DNA of 64,000 nt from Atribacterota bacterium (lineage in GTDB: Bacteria; Atribacterota; Phoenicimicrobiia; Phoenicimicrobiales; Stramentimicrobiaceae), in assembly GCA_040767965.1 (NCBI GenBank), contig JAXGNR010000004.1, forward strand, positions 512,001-576,000, written 5' to 3'. Under the pieces are notes generated by a model. That model did not search any database and had not been told where the DNA came from. It was given only the letters and a program-made list of their open reading frames with translations. The translations under genes and the position numbers were made by a program. This document shows, one piece after another, positions 63,796 through 64,000 of the stretch. Each line of letters opens with the position of its first letter. Position 1 is the first letter of the stretch.

Positions 63796-64000
63796 ATGTT
63801 AGGAATACTGTCAGAAAAATTACAATCCATTTTAAATAAAATAAAAGAAAAAGGCAAAATAACAGAAAAAGATATTCAACAGTCTTTAAGGGAAATAAAG
63901 TTAGCCCTTTTAGAAGCAGATGTTCATTATAAAGTTGTTAAGAATTTTTTAGCAAAATTGGAAGATCGTGCTAAAGAAGAAGATTTATCTAAAGCTTTAA
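63796..64000 (+). CDS. ffh: Signal recognition particle protein Ffh, 5' end (partial)
   Basis: MLGILSEKLQ..KGKITEKDI..LREIKLALLEADV..KVVKNF. Confidence 0.93.
   Translation, partial: MLGILSEKLQSILNKIKEKGKITEKDIQQSLREIKLALLEADVHYKVVKNFLAKLEDRAKEEDLSKAL

Overview
This window is core chromosome from a low-GC (roughly 30% by eye) anaerobic bacterium with Firmicutes-like gene order. A Sec-exported, non-lipidated PrsA/SurA-like foldase and the overall gene content would fit a diderm lineage such as Atribacterota, but that is inference only. It carries about 57 housekeeping CDS: rpsI(3'), cdaA-cdaR-glmM, glmS, acpS-alr-tsaEBD, groESL, ald, fhs-gcvH-gcvPA-gcvPB-gcvT, guaA-purA-purB-ilvE-aspC, pcrA, prsA-like, rpsU, phoH-pgpH-ybeY, DUF3048, recO, glyQS, ppdK, hppA, a DHH-CBS-tRNA nucleotidyltransferase, an M50 protease, trpS, scpAB-rluB-cmk-ispH, rpmB, rsmD-coaD, tmcAL, pta, rpmF, fapR-acpP-rnc-smc-ftsY and ffh(5'). 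Readable cis elements are a glmS ribozyme, a tandem glycine riboswitch with an ON-type terminator, a CIRCE box, a FapR-type operator, several sigma70 promoters and many long terminators. I found no mobile element, prophage, CRISPR array, tRNA or rRNA, and no wholly novel gene cluster. The best leads are subtler. (1) A glycine-inducible fhs-gcv operon has a 91-nt hairpin inserted in its second aptamer. (2) The Smc-ScpAB set appears co-diverged (hinge glycines lost, LSTGE signature, no FEGPLDLL in ScpA), and scpB seems to start at ATT. (3) Lipid-synthesis genes are missing from four conserved loci, leaving a minimal fapR-acpP unit. (4) A probable A-adding-only tRNA enzyme is fused to an intact DHH/DHHA1-CBS module. 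(5) ppdK is paired with a Na+-PPase, and pta lacks its usual ackA neighbour. ftsY has a 1-nt frameshift that is probably an assembly error.
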